The position numbers and the translations under genes were made by a program. This document shows, in pieces, positions 18,474 to 27,800 of a stretch of DNA of 64,000 bases (position 1 is the first letter of the stretch; every line of letters begins with the position of its first letter). The notes beneath the pieces are model-generated. The model saw only the letters and a program-made list of their open reading frames with translations. It was not told the DNA's origin and made no database searches. Origin of the DNA: a virus; IMG/VR virus record IMGVR_UViG_3300031857_000130, positions 3,562 to 67,561 of that record; one strand, 5' to 3'.

Positions 18474-18967
18474 GCAGACCACTTGCACCCAAAGGCGGCA
18501 ATGACCGCGTTTATACCCCGCCTGAACTGGCTCGTCAGATTGTGGCGCATTTCAATCCGAGTGGCATGCTGCTAGACCCTTGCAAGGGAAGGGGAGCGTT
18601 CAGTGACGCAATGCTACCTTATGCTACAAACGGGTTCGTGGAGTGGTATGAGATCGACGTTGGGCTGGATTTTCTTAATTCTTGTCAAGAGCCTGTCTGC
18701 TGGACAATCACCAACCCACCGTGGTCAAAGCTCCGCGCCTTTCTCAAGAAGTCCATGGAGTGCTCCGATAACGTCGTGTTTCTCTGCTTGGTGAACGCCT
18801 TCTTCATGAAAGCCCGTCTTCGGGACATGGAGGAGGCGGGGTTTGGCATACGCGAAATACTTTTTGTTCCGACACCTCCGAAACCTTGGCCTCAGACTGG
18901 ATTTAGTCTAGGGGCTGTTCATATCCAACGAGGCTGGACAGGGGATTGCAAAATGACTACGTTGTAA
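18470..18967 (+). CDS. DNA amino-methyltransferase (N6-adenine type)
   Basis: YTPPELA, LDPCKGRGAF, ITNPPW catalytic motif. Confidence 0.85.
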   Translation: MSRPLAPKGGNDRVYTPPELARQIVAHFNPSGMLLDPCKGRGAFSDAMLPYATNGFVEWYEIDVGLDFLNSCQEPVCWTITNPPWSKLRAFLKKSMECSDNVVFLCLVNAFFMKARLRDMEEAGFGIREILFVPTPPKPWPQTGFSLGAVHIQRGWTGDCKMTTL

Positions 18968-19154
18968 ACCGCTTCTGCCACTCAGCCAAGACTTGAGTGA
19001 GCGGCAATCCCTCGCCATCCCAATGCTCACACTTGCAGTTGCCTTTGGTTTCCACAACAAGGCACCCCGGTTCGTAAAAGACGCGAGGGTTGTTGCCATG
19101 AACGCACTTTGCGGTGGCCTCGAAGTGATTGACGATCTTTTCCCAGTCGGTCAT
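18957..19154 (-). CDS. Hypothetical protein
   Basis: Coupled to the endolysin stop. Confidence 0.55.
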   Translation of the reverse strand: MTDWEKIVNHFEATAKCVHGNNPRVFYEPGCLVVETKGNCKCEHWDGEGLPLTQVLAEWQKRFTT

Positions 19155-19645
19155 ATCGTGAATCGAATGCGGCTGCGAATCTTTGAAATGTGACGGGTTT
19201 TAGCCAGAACAGCACCACCTTCACGGCTTCCTGCGCCGTCTGTATTCCCCTCACACGTCCTCACATTGCCATTCTTGTCTGGCGCAGACGTAGCGATACC
19301 GATATGGCTAAAGGTGAAGATCACAATGTCACCAGACTGAATGTCTCCGCGATGAGGCTTTTTGGTGTTGGTGCTGTTGTCCTGATCCTTACTCCAGTTT
19401 TCAAAATCCCACGCGCCAGCCGTGCGAGGACGCTTGAACGTCTTGGTTTCCTTGATGCCGGTCATGGTCAGGGCTTCACGAACGCACCAACAGACAAACG
19501 CCGCGCACCAAGGCCAGCCTTTATTGGCGGGAAGCCAAGTGGCAGCTTTGTATTCGTTCACGCGAGGGCCGCAATTTGACCCGTTGATTTCAGTGACTCC
19601 AATTTCCTTTTTGGCGATTTCTACGATTGCTTCTGAGAGTTTCAT
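19151..19645 (-). CDS. CHAP-domain endolysin
   Basis: EIGVTE..G.N.GP.V, PWCAAFVCW, GDIVIF..SHIGI, EGNT. Confidence 0.9.
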   Translation of the reverse strand: MKLSEAIVEIAKKEIGVTEINGSNCGPRVNEYKAATWLPANKGWPWCAAFVCWCVREALTMTGIKETKTFKRPRTAGAWDFENWSKDQDNSTNTKKPHRGDIQSGDIVIFTFSHIGIATSAPDKNGNVRTCEGNTDGAGSREGGAVLAKTRHISKIRSRIRFTI

Positions 19646-19743
19646 ATCTTGGATGAGTTGATGATTACAAGCCCCCAAATGAGTAGCAGGATGGCTATAA
19701 ATGTCAGGGCGGAAATTTGCAATGCGGAGAACTCCTCGATCAC
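19642..19743 (-). CDS. 33-aa single-TM peptide (holin-like candidate)
   Basis: GTG start; IEEFSALQISALTFIAILLLIWGLVIINSSKI; overlaps both neighbours by 4 nt. Confidence 0.5.
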   Translation of the reverse strand: MIEEFSALQISALTFIAILLLIWGLVIINSSKI

Positions 19744-19997
19744 GGCTGACTGTCCTCCTCGATCATTCTGGCGTTGTGCTTGTGGAGGAACTTTGACAAG
19801 TCTCTGGACAATTTATCCACAACCTCTTCTGGAAGCGCCCATTCCCATTCGTGCAGGAACTCATGGATGAGAATGCACAGGTGATGCCTTCCACGAAGGC
19901 GCTCATCTATCTCGATCTTTCCATTACCGTGCGCAAGCCCAAGCGCCTTGTGACGCCCGAGCTTGCGCTTTAGAACGGTGATGGACTCGGCTTTCAC
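19740..19997 (-). CDS. Small HExxH metallopeptidase-like protein
   Basis: GKIEIDERL...LIHEFLH. Confidence 0.7.
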   Translation of the reverse strand: MKAESITVLKRKLGRHKALGLAHGNGKIEIDERLRGRHHLCILIHEFLHEWEWALPEEVVDKLSRDLSKFLHKHNARMIEEDSQP

Positions 19998-20371
19998 AGG
20001 GTTGCGCGAACGGCTGCTACCATTGCCTTTGTGGCACCACGGAAGTTCTTCGCAATATCAGCATCCGAGTGCTTTGGATTGCGACGAATGGAGGCCGCGA
20101 TCTTGGCGTTCAAATCGTTTGTTGGCGTTGGCGAGTTTTCGTCAACCCGCTGACGATAGCATCGAATCCTGACTGTCAGCCTTCTCTTGGCGTCCCACAC
20201 GGGAAACTCTTGGCTTTCAAACGCTCCTGATGCGATGCCGCTTTTGAGCAGGTCGTGAACCCGGTCTGGAGAGCATTGAAGCTCTTGTGCTATCTTCTCT
20301 TTGGAATCCCATCCAGCCGGGATTTTGTATTTGTCCTGATTGATCTTGTCGATTGCTTTTTGCCAGTTCAT
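19994..20371 (-). CDS. Hypothetical protein, HTH-like
   Basis: SKEKIAQELQCSPDRV. Confidence 0.6.
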   Translation of the reverse strand: MNWQKAIDKINQDKYKIPAGWDSKEKIAQELQCSPDRVHDLLKSGIASGAFESQEFPVWDAKRRLTVRIRCYRQRVDENSPTPTNDLNAKIAASIRRNPKHSDADIAKNFRGATKAMVAAVRATL

Positions 20372-20388
20372 GTGTGTTTGCTTTGGTT

Positions 20389-22401
20389 TTAGACAAAGAT
20401 CGGGAACGTGATTGTTCTGCCGTATCGTTTGTCGAAAATGAAGCCCGTTTGCGACGGAGGCTCATAGGGAGCTTTGATGACAACCGAATAAGCGTTGTAG
20501 CCAATGAGCGAATTATGAACTCCTATGCCATTAACGTTATAGGTGTGAGGGCCGGAGACTTGTAAATCAAATACATCCTCAACGTCATTGACTCTGCCAC
20601 GATAGTCCAATCTAACAAATCGCATTCCATCAACCCACGCAACGTCTTGCCCCTTCACAAAGCTAATATGGTAAGACTCACATTCCCCCTTGGGGCCTCC
20701 TTTGGGTCGTTTATGCCTTAAATACAAAGCCGTTTCATATTTTGTGCCAACAGACATCCATTGCAAAGCCCACGCTAACTGCTTAGAAGCAGTTGTTCCG
20801 CCTTTTAAATGTCCTTTGTGACCGTCTCCTTCATACCATCCATCAATAACAGCCTCTCGACATTCCTTGGTTAAGTCAAAGAAGAACGATGGAACATTTT
20901 TACAATAGCAAGTATGTCCAAAAAGATTCCTCCATTCAAGAGCTATTTCTTTGCCATGGTATTCCAGACCCGATCCTGTTTTAGCTGGATTTGTAAAAAT
21001 GCGACCGCTTTTATTCCACAACTTGTCTAAAATGGACTTTGCTCTTTCTAAAGTTGGAACTTCTTTTAGATGCATAGAAAAATTGATCTTATTTACACGC
21101 TTGTCTTTTCCTGCATCAATTGTGGCATGACCTTCTGCCAAAAACAAACCCATTGCCCAAAGAACATCTTTATCATACTCCAAAGTGCCTTGCAATTGTG
21201 GAGTTAACACCCAATCACCCTCGGAAAGATATTCAGCCGCAATCCATTTTGGTTTTTCTAACTTTGGAAATGTGTGACACCTACTTAGCCTTTCTCTCCT
21301 CAAGGACTCCCCCTTAATTGCAAAAATCTCATGATTTGGCGTGCATCGCACAAAATGAGGCAGTCCTTTTGCCCTAAATTCAATCAGGCCCTCAGTTGAT
21401 TTACGGGTAGTTGTGTTTTCAACTTCCTGAATCGACCCATCATGGGCAAAAACTTTGTCGCCAACTTGAATAGTTCTGATTTCCTTAAAACCAAAAGGTG
21501 TCATTACGCGAGCGTCGCCAGTAAAACACCCGTTACAAATCCACTTGGGGTTTTGCTGCGATTGATGCCAGTGACCAAAAATGTCGAGGTCTGCGGGAAC
21601 GCCTTTGTTCCAAGACGCGATGGCCTTTTCCACGGGGATTGTCAGTCCACCGATGCCACCTTGATACTGCAAGCCGTCGCCGTGGTGAATGCGCAGAGTC
21701 TTGCCGTAGAGGTCGAGAAGAAGGTGATAACCATCTGACACATGCCATTCAGCCTTGCTTCCAAGATGCTTCGCCATCGTCTTGTAGAGCATCCACTCGT
21801 AGGAATTTGCCGCACCTGTGGCATGGCGAGGTTTGCGGGTGTTGCGACCATGATTTCCGTACACACAGGGAATCACCACTTCGCCAAAGTGCTTCGACAG
21901 CAATTCAACTCCGCTGGCGATTTGATCTTGAAGCCACAACACCGTCTGCGTTGGCGATAGAGCGTTGTTCTCCATCAACTCCTCATGGATATAGCCCGTC
22001 ATCAAGTCGCCGCCCAAAACAAGAACTAGGCGGTCAATTTTGGCACCGTGACGCTGGATTTGAGCCATGCGGACAATCGAGTTCCAAAAGCGGTTGATGC
22101 GCTGCTCGGCTATGTCGAGATTGAACTCGTTCAGGTTGTTGATGGTCTTGCCTTCAACCGTCTCCTCCACATGCCAGTCTGATGCGACTGCGACAAACGT
22201 GGCCTCCGCGTCCATTTCTTTTGCAGCTTTGATCTTGGATACCGTTGGCTTTTCACCACTGATGCCAAGGGCGATGTTTAACTGGTGATCTTTTTCGGAG
22301 ATGACAGAAAGAAGATTCTTCCTCTCGGCTTCAAAGTCAGAAACAGTCTTTTTGTGTCGGATTTCCTGACTCTCGTGAACGGCAGTTGACCAGTTTTTCA
22401 T
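20389..22401 (-). CDS. Calcineurin-like metallophosphoesterase interrupted by an intein
   Basis: SDWH, GGD, GNHG, HHGD, GHWH motifs; NG|intein|SLIG. Confidence 0.9.
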   Translation of the reverse strand: MKNWSTAVHESQEIRHKKTVSDFEAERKNLLSVISEKDHQLNIALGISGEKPTVSKIKAAKEMDAEATFVAVASDWHVEETVEGKTINNLNEFNLDIAEQRINRFWNSIVRMAQIQRHGAKIDRLVLVLGGDLMTGYIHEELMENNALSPTQTVLWLQDQIASGVELLSKHFGEVVIPCVYGNHGRNTRKPRHATGAANSYEWMLYKTMAKHLGSKAEWHVSDGYHLLLDLYGKTLRIHHGDGLQYQGGIGGLTIPVEKAIASWNKGVPADLDIFGHWHQSQQNPKWICNGCFTGDARVMTPFGFKEIRTIQVGDKVFAHDGSIQEVENTTTRKSTEGLIEFRAKGLPHFVRCTPNHEIFAIKGESLRRERLSRCHTFPKLEKPKWIAAEYLSEGDWVLTPQLQGTLEYDKDVLWAMGLFLAEGHATIDAGKDKRVNKINFSMHLKEVPTLERAKSILDKLWNKSGRIFTNPAKTGSGLEYHGKEIALEWRNLFGHTCYCKNVPSFFFDLTKECREAVIDGWYEGDGHKGHLKGGTTASKQLAWALQWMSVGTKYETALYLRHKRPKGGPKGECESYHISFVKGQDVAWVDGMRFVRLDYRGRVNDVEDVFDLQVSGPHTYNVNGIGVHNSLIGYNAYSVVIKAPYEPPSQTGFIFDKRYGRTITFPIFV
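20512..21528 (-). mobile_element. Intein (339 aa) with LAGLIDADG-type endonuclease
   Basis: Starts CFTGDARVMTPFG; block B CTPNHEIF; MGLFLAEG and IDGWYEGDG; ends VNGIGVHN followed by Ser; AT-richer than flanks. Confidence 0.92.
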
Positions 22402-22438
22402 CGTATGAGTTCCTTGGGGTAACCCAACTGTAAGCTAC

Positions 22439-22525
22439 CTAAAGGCGGTTTATCAAGTAAAAAATACTCATGACCACCGCAACGCATGCAGCTATGCCGA
22501 TGATTCCTAGTATAAATCCCGTCAT
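22439..22525 (-). CDS. 28-aa single-TM peptide
   Basis: MTGFILGIIGIAACVAVVMSIFYLINRL; ATGA overlap. Confidence 0.45.
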   Translation of the reverse strand: MTGFILGIIGIAACVAVVMSIFYLINRL

Positions 22526-23112
22526 GGTGATATGTTTTTTGGTGCTTTTGCAGAAGAAAGATTCCTACGCAGTCCGTAGGCTATGGAAGCGATTTCTGGC
22601 TGTCCTGCAACGGTTGCCACAGTGCCATAGATGGCTAGACGCTCATCGCGTGACAGGCCAGCAATGTCGTTAGCGCAAGAGGCGAGCATCATAGCGACCA
22701 CTGCCACAGCATTGCGCCATGCCAGCCAGCCGCCGATTCGCAAGGCAAACCAGCGGATGTTTGCACGCCACACGGGAGTGCCTTTAGCTAGGAGCATCTC
22801 ACGGTAAACGGCATCGGCTTGCTCACGGGTGACAGGAACGAATGCGCCGTCATCAGCCTGATAGCCGTGGTTCTGATACAACCAGTCATGGACGCACGCG
22901 CCACGTTTGGACATGCCAAATGGACGGACAATGCCTTGCAGCGGGCCGGGGATGGATTCGTCAAACTCGAAGCCTTCTGGCACGGTGAACTCGGCATCAA
23001 GCTCATCGCTATACACACGAAAAGGAGACAGTAGCTTCAAGCGAGATACCTCACGATCACCAGAAATGTCCTTGGCTTCAAATGGAGTGAGAAATTCGGC
23101 TTTTCGGCTCAT
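22522..23112 (-). CDS. DUF1353-like protein with C-terminal lipobox-like segment
   Basis: VPEGFEFDESIP...ACVHDWLY...REQADAVY; then VAVVAMMLASC. Confidence 0.75.
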   Translation of the reverse strand: MSRKAEFLTPFEAKDISGDREVSRLKLLSPFRVYSDELDAEFTVPEGFEFDESIPGPLQGIVRPFGMSKRGACVHDWLYQNHGYQADDGAFVPVTREQADAVYREMLLAKGTPVWRANIRWFALRIGGWLAWRNAVAVVAMMLASCANDIAGLSRDERLAIYGTVATVAGQPEIASIAYGLRRNLSSAKAPKNISP

Positions 23113-23552
23113 AACAGGGAAAAGTAGATGTTTTGCGGGCATTCGCACCAACGCCTCGCCGTAGGATCATAGAAATCAATTCCTTGTCCAGAAACAATCC
23201 AGACATAAACGTGGCGTTCGGAATCTTGGAATCTGCCGGGAGGGTCTGCAAACACGATGCCTATGGCAATCTGACAGCTCTCATTCGCGGCTTTTCGTTG
23301 AGCAGCTTCGATTAAACTGTGGGCCTGATTTTCGCATTCCCAGACATCCTTGACCCAAGGTGCGTAGCTCTTTGCACTGGCATCCTCCACATCCTTGACC
23401 GTCGCCAAGGCCATTGCGCTCTTTGTCCAATACGATTTGAAGTTGCTTTGCTTGTTCTCAGCAATCCGTTTGTCCAAAAGCATCCTCACCGTCTCCACAT
23501 CGAGCTTCCGACGTGGAACAGGCGGCTGCTTTTTGCGGAACGGCCAGATCAT
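23109..23552 (-). CDS. Papain/transglutaminase-like Cys-His-Asp protein
   Basis: WECENQA...HVYVW...FYDP. Confidence 0.55.
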   Translation of the reverse strand: MIWPFRKKQPPVPRRKLDVETVRMLLDKRIAENKQSNFKSYWTKSAMALATVKDVEDASAKSYAPWVKDVWECENQAHSLIEAAQRKAANESCQIAIGIVFADPPGRFQDSERHVYVWIVSGQGIDFYDPTARRWCECPQNIYFSLL

Positions 23553-24079
23553 TTTAGTGCCAGAACTGCCTTGAGAATTTCAATGATGGAGTCTCTTCCG
23601 AAGACGATTGAAGCGAGTCCTCCCAACATGAGGGCGTCTTTGGGGTGTTTTCTACACCAGTCAAGCCAGTTTGACGGCTGCTCAACTGCGGTTGTTCCGA
23701 CAACGGGGTATTTGATTGGGTGGGCAACAACGAAATAGCAGACAAAACGCTCTCCGTCTCGGATTGCTCTGACGTGAAGATTGACCCATACGATTTCTCC
23801 TGACTTGGTGATGTATCGCTTGGTAACGGTATAGACCTCGGTTTCAAGATCGGTTTTAAGGCTTTCGGCTCCAGATTCGTCGCCAGCGAGGTCGTCCGGG
23901 TGAGTAAATGACTTCCACGTTCTTGATGCAAGCTCACCTCGGCTGTAACCAACAAGACGGCAATACGCATCGTTAGGTCTAAACACCCGATGCTCAGGAG
24001 ACACAAGAGCCATCGGCGTAGGCGATTCGGTGAAGAGTGCTCTAACCCAATCGTCATCAAGTTCATCGAATGTTTGCAT
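23549..24079 (-). CDS. PAS-domain protein with C-terminal hydrophobic helix
   Basis: RALFTESPTPMALVS...NDAYCRLVGYSRGEL...FTHPDD...KRYITKSGEIVWV. Confidence 0.85.
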   Translation of the reverse strand: MQTFDELDDDWVRALFTESPTPMALVSPEHRVFRPNDAYCRLVGYSRGELASRTWKSFTHPDDLAGDESGAESLKTDLETEVYTVTKRYITKSGEIVWVNLHVRAIRDGERFVCYFVVAHPIKYPVVGTTAVEQPSNWLDWCRKHPKDALMLGGLASIVFGRDSIIEILKAVLALK

Positions 24080-24129
24080 GTCATGTTGTTGCGGCGTCCA
24101 GCCGTGGTTAGAGTTGTGCTTTCAAAAAG

Positions 24130-24333
24130 TCACGATTGAATTTGTCCTTCCGCAGCTTTGAAGCAAGCATACATGAGGGTTTGAGGGCTTACAGGTGGAG
24201 GAGGCACAGTCAGTGGATCGTAAGTAATCGTGCCGGGGTGATTCTTGTTCACCAATGCCACGCGAATTGCGTTGAGCAGCGTTTGCACACTGACAGGCGG
24301 CGGTGTTTGTAGGGTTTGAGCGATTCCGGCCAT
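24130..24333 (-). CDS. Small protein with internal repeat (PPPVSxQTL x2)
   Basis: 67-aa ORF. Confidence 0.6.
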   Translation of the reverse strand: MAGIAQTLQTPPPVSVQTLLNAIRVALVNKNHPGTITYDPLTVPPPPVSPQTLMYACFKAAEGQIQS

Positions 24334-24337
24334 AGCG

Positions 24338-24823
24338 TTAAATGGTGATGATTTCGGTTTTTCTGTCAGCGGAAATTATGCCCAATTCCACCATCTTGTC
24401 CAGCCCCATAACGACGCGAGGATCATTGGAGTGAACGGTGGAAAACCAAGTCGAAAGCTCAAGGCGTAAAGCGGCCAAAGTCGGGTCTGTGCTAAGGGCT
24501 ACGGCAGCTTTTTCTGGCATGGTAAATTCAGCCATAAATTGCTGAACGTTCGGCCAGATTTTTTGCTGTTTTTGCGCAATCTCCTCAGGGCTGAGGTCGG
24601 CAATAAGCCATTGACGTTCAACGCGGTCGCTGAACCACACAAGGTGCGGCTCGGCTTTCTGCGTGGCGCTAATCGTTGGCGGCGGCACCTTCACCATCGG
24701 AACGATGGAAGGCGGTTGCCAGTCCTCGGCGGCATCTCGTGGCCGCTCAAAGATGGGCGTTCCATTTTCATCGGTTTGGAGCGTGATCAGCTCTTGCGTC
24801 GTTGGATTTCCGAAAGTTTTCAT
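24338..24823 (-). CDS. Putative tail fibre assembly protein
   Basis: Directly follows the fibre gene; C-terminal GLDKMVELGIISADRKTEII. Confidence 0.55.
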   Translation of the reverse strand: MKTFGNPTTQELITLQTDENGTPIFERPRDAAEDWQPPSIVPMVKVPPPTISATQKAEPHLVWFSDRVERQWLIADLSPEEIAQKQQKIWPNVQQFMAEFTMPEKAAVALSTDPTLAALRLELSTWFSTVHSNDPRVVMGLDKMVELGIISADRKTEIITI

Positions 24824-24826
24824 AAA

Positions 24827-27800
24827 TCAGGTGCCGTATGCGACTTCCACTGCCTCGACCGAAGCCGTCCATCGCCACGTTTCCGAAGTGATTCCGGTCA
24901 CATAAATGCGCAGCGCGTCATTCGTGTCGTTTGCCTCGACGGAGACACTTGTTCCTGCCGCATTGTCAGTGCCAATGGTGACCGAGGCGTAAACGGCGGA
25001 TGTTGTCCCGGCTACGTTTTTGATGCTAAACTGGCGAAGGAAATGCGCCACCGCTGAGCCATCGCTTTTCACACCCGTGATGTTCACATTGCCCGACATG
25101 ATTTTGCCGCTTGCAAGGGTGAGGCGGATGAAATTGTTGCCACCGTCGATGAATAGCTCAGTTTGCGTGTTGTTGGTTGTTTTGTTGCGCAAAACAGCTC
25201 GGATGTATTGCGCGTCACCCGTTGCCAAAAAGCGACCTGCCGCATGAGCAAACAAGCATTGCCTGTCAGCGAGGCCGTATTGTCCGCCAGACACCCATGA
25301 GGCTGTCCCGCTGGCGGTGTTGCCCGTTCCCGAAAGCACGGCGGAAGAATTTCCGCTGACAGTGTTAGTGTCGCCTGAAAAAACGGCGCTGAAAGTGTTG
25401 TTGGCGATGTGGCCTGTCCCGTTGCCAATAATTGAATAGTTGCCAGACGCATTGTTTCCTACACCACCAATGACGGCGGCATAACTTGAGGATGCTGTGT
25501 TACGAGCACCACCCACAACGATTGTGTTCGCGCCAGAGGCTACCTGCGTCGCCGCATCACGACTCGTTTGTAGATCGACCGAGTTTGCTCCGCGCTTGTT
25601 CCCGCCAGATGCCAGCGAATTAGCGATGTGAGCAGTCAGAGCGCCAGCACCTTTCGGCACAATGGCAGCATCGACGTTGGTGGCTGCATTGGTGGCTGTG
25701 AAAGACACCACCGGCACCGTCGCATTGGGAGCCGAGGTGCTGACCGCCTCCGTCCAGTTGGTTAAACTTCCACCACTCGACGAGAGCGTGGTTCCGCTCA
25801 TGGAGAGTCCAGAACCAATAGTTATCTCCTCAAAATCTCCCGCTCCCGACGCTGATCCACGGCCAAGAAGTCTGGAAGCCGCCGTGGCTGGCGTAAGATT
25901 CGCAAATGGCAAGTCGCCAGTGACGCCAGTTGACAAAGGCAACCCTGTGCAACTTGCCAAAGAACCAGAACTTGGAGTTCCCAAAGCCCCACCATTCACC
26001 ACGAAAGCGCCAGAGCTTCCTGTGTTTACAGCTAGAGCAGTTGCCACGCCAGTTCCAAGACCTGTGATACTACCAACAGCAGGAGTAATCGTGTTGGTTG
26101 AGGCTGCGGTAATCAACCCCTTGGCGTTGACCGTGAATGCTGGCGCTGCTGTGGCGCTGCCAAAACTGCCGACATTGGCATTGACCGTAGCCAGAGTCAC
26201 CGCGCCAGTACTTGCAACAGTGGCGTCTCCAGATGTGGATACTGCCGCATAAGCCGTTCCGCCAGCGTTGCCGACAAGAAGTTGGCCCGCTGATGGAACC
26301 GTGTTCGGCACGATAGCAGCCTTGGTTTGCGCATCATCGGTGACATTGGACAGGCCAACAGCAGCCTTCGTAATGTCTGCTGTGATCGCCAATGTTCCGC
26401 TAGACGACATGTTGTTGCCGAGACTGGTGGCAACGTTTGTGCCGAGCGCGGTGATGCCAGTGCCGCCATTTACCACTGGTAGAGTGCCAGTAACCTTGGT
26501 TGTCAGGTCGATGCTGCCTGCGAGCATCGTGTTTGTGACTGTGCCGGTGTCGCCGGAAGTGACAACAGTTCCAGAAACGTTGGGCAGGAAGTATGTTCTA
26601 TCCGCAGTAAGTGTCGTTGGATACATTTGACCGGCATACGATGATGTAGGACTCCATCTCACTATACCACCATTGACTGCTGCTAGTGGATAGGTGTTGG
26701 CAGCACCATCCCAGACAACGACGCCGCCAGTAAAGGCCGCACCTCCTTGGCTATTGAACTCCACCAGTTTACCTGAGTCAGAAGCACCATTACCACCCGT
26801 GCTGGTAGCCTTTGAAGCGGCTGTTCCAAGTGCGACACCACTATCCTTAATCAGCTTGCCGGTAGTTCCATCAAATAGCACAGCGTTATTGTTTACGCTA
26901 GACGCTGGACCAACCACGTCGCCAGAGCCACCTCCAGTGGCGCTGAGCGTCGTTCCAGACATACTCAAGCCTGAACCGATAGAAATCTCTTCAAAGTCAC
27001 CAGCGCCACCTGCTGAACCGCGTCCAAGCAACTTGGAGGCTGCTGTGGCTGGAGTTAGATTGGCAAACGGAAGATCGCCGGTAACTCCTGTGGATAGCGG
27101 CAGGGAAGTGCAATTTGCCAGTGAGCCAGATGAAGGCGTTCCAAGTGCGCCACCGTTTACTACAACAGCACCAGAAGAACCCGTGTTGACTGCAAGAGCG
27201 GTGGCAACACCAGTTCCCAAGCCAGTAATACTGCCCACTGCTGGGGTGATGGTGTTGGTGCTTACAGCCGTCACAAGTCCCTTGGCATTGACAGTAACCG
27301 CAGGAGCGGCAGTGGCATTTCCGTAGCTTCCGACGTTGCTATTGACTGTGGCAAGCGTCAAAGCGCCGGTATTGGAAAGCGCCGCATCACCTGAAACAGA
27401 CTTGTTCTCAAAAACCGTGCCAGCGTTGTTGGCGACAAGGATTTGACCAGAAGTGAGTGAAGTGATGGTAACACCCTCATCGGCGCGGATGTTTGATCCA
27501 AGGGTGGGTTTGATAAAAACCGTGCCGTTGGATGCGTGAGCGTGGACAACCGCCAGAACTTGAACGTATGGATTTGGCGCAACCGGCTGAGTTTTTGTCA
27601 GGGAACCGGAAGTTGTTCCAGTGTAAATCAAATCGCCATCCGCCCAAGTTTCACCGTAGTTGGCACCGTTGGTTTGAATGCCGCTGAGCTTTCCAAAGCC
27701 AATTACAAACCCCTCAGAACCGTTGCCGATGGATTCTGCCGTCAACCCCATGAAGTAGGTGCTTGGCCCGGTGCCATTCCAAGGCTGAACCAGAAGTTTC

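Noticed and set aside
25770-27460. Tail fibre duplication as a DGR template/variable repeat pair
   Set aside because: Both copies are in frame within one gene, differences look mostly synonymous rather than adenine-specific, and no reverse transcriptase is in the window.
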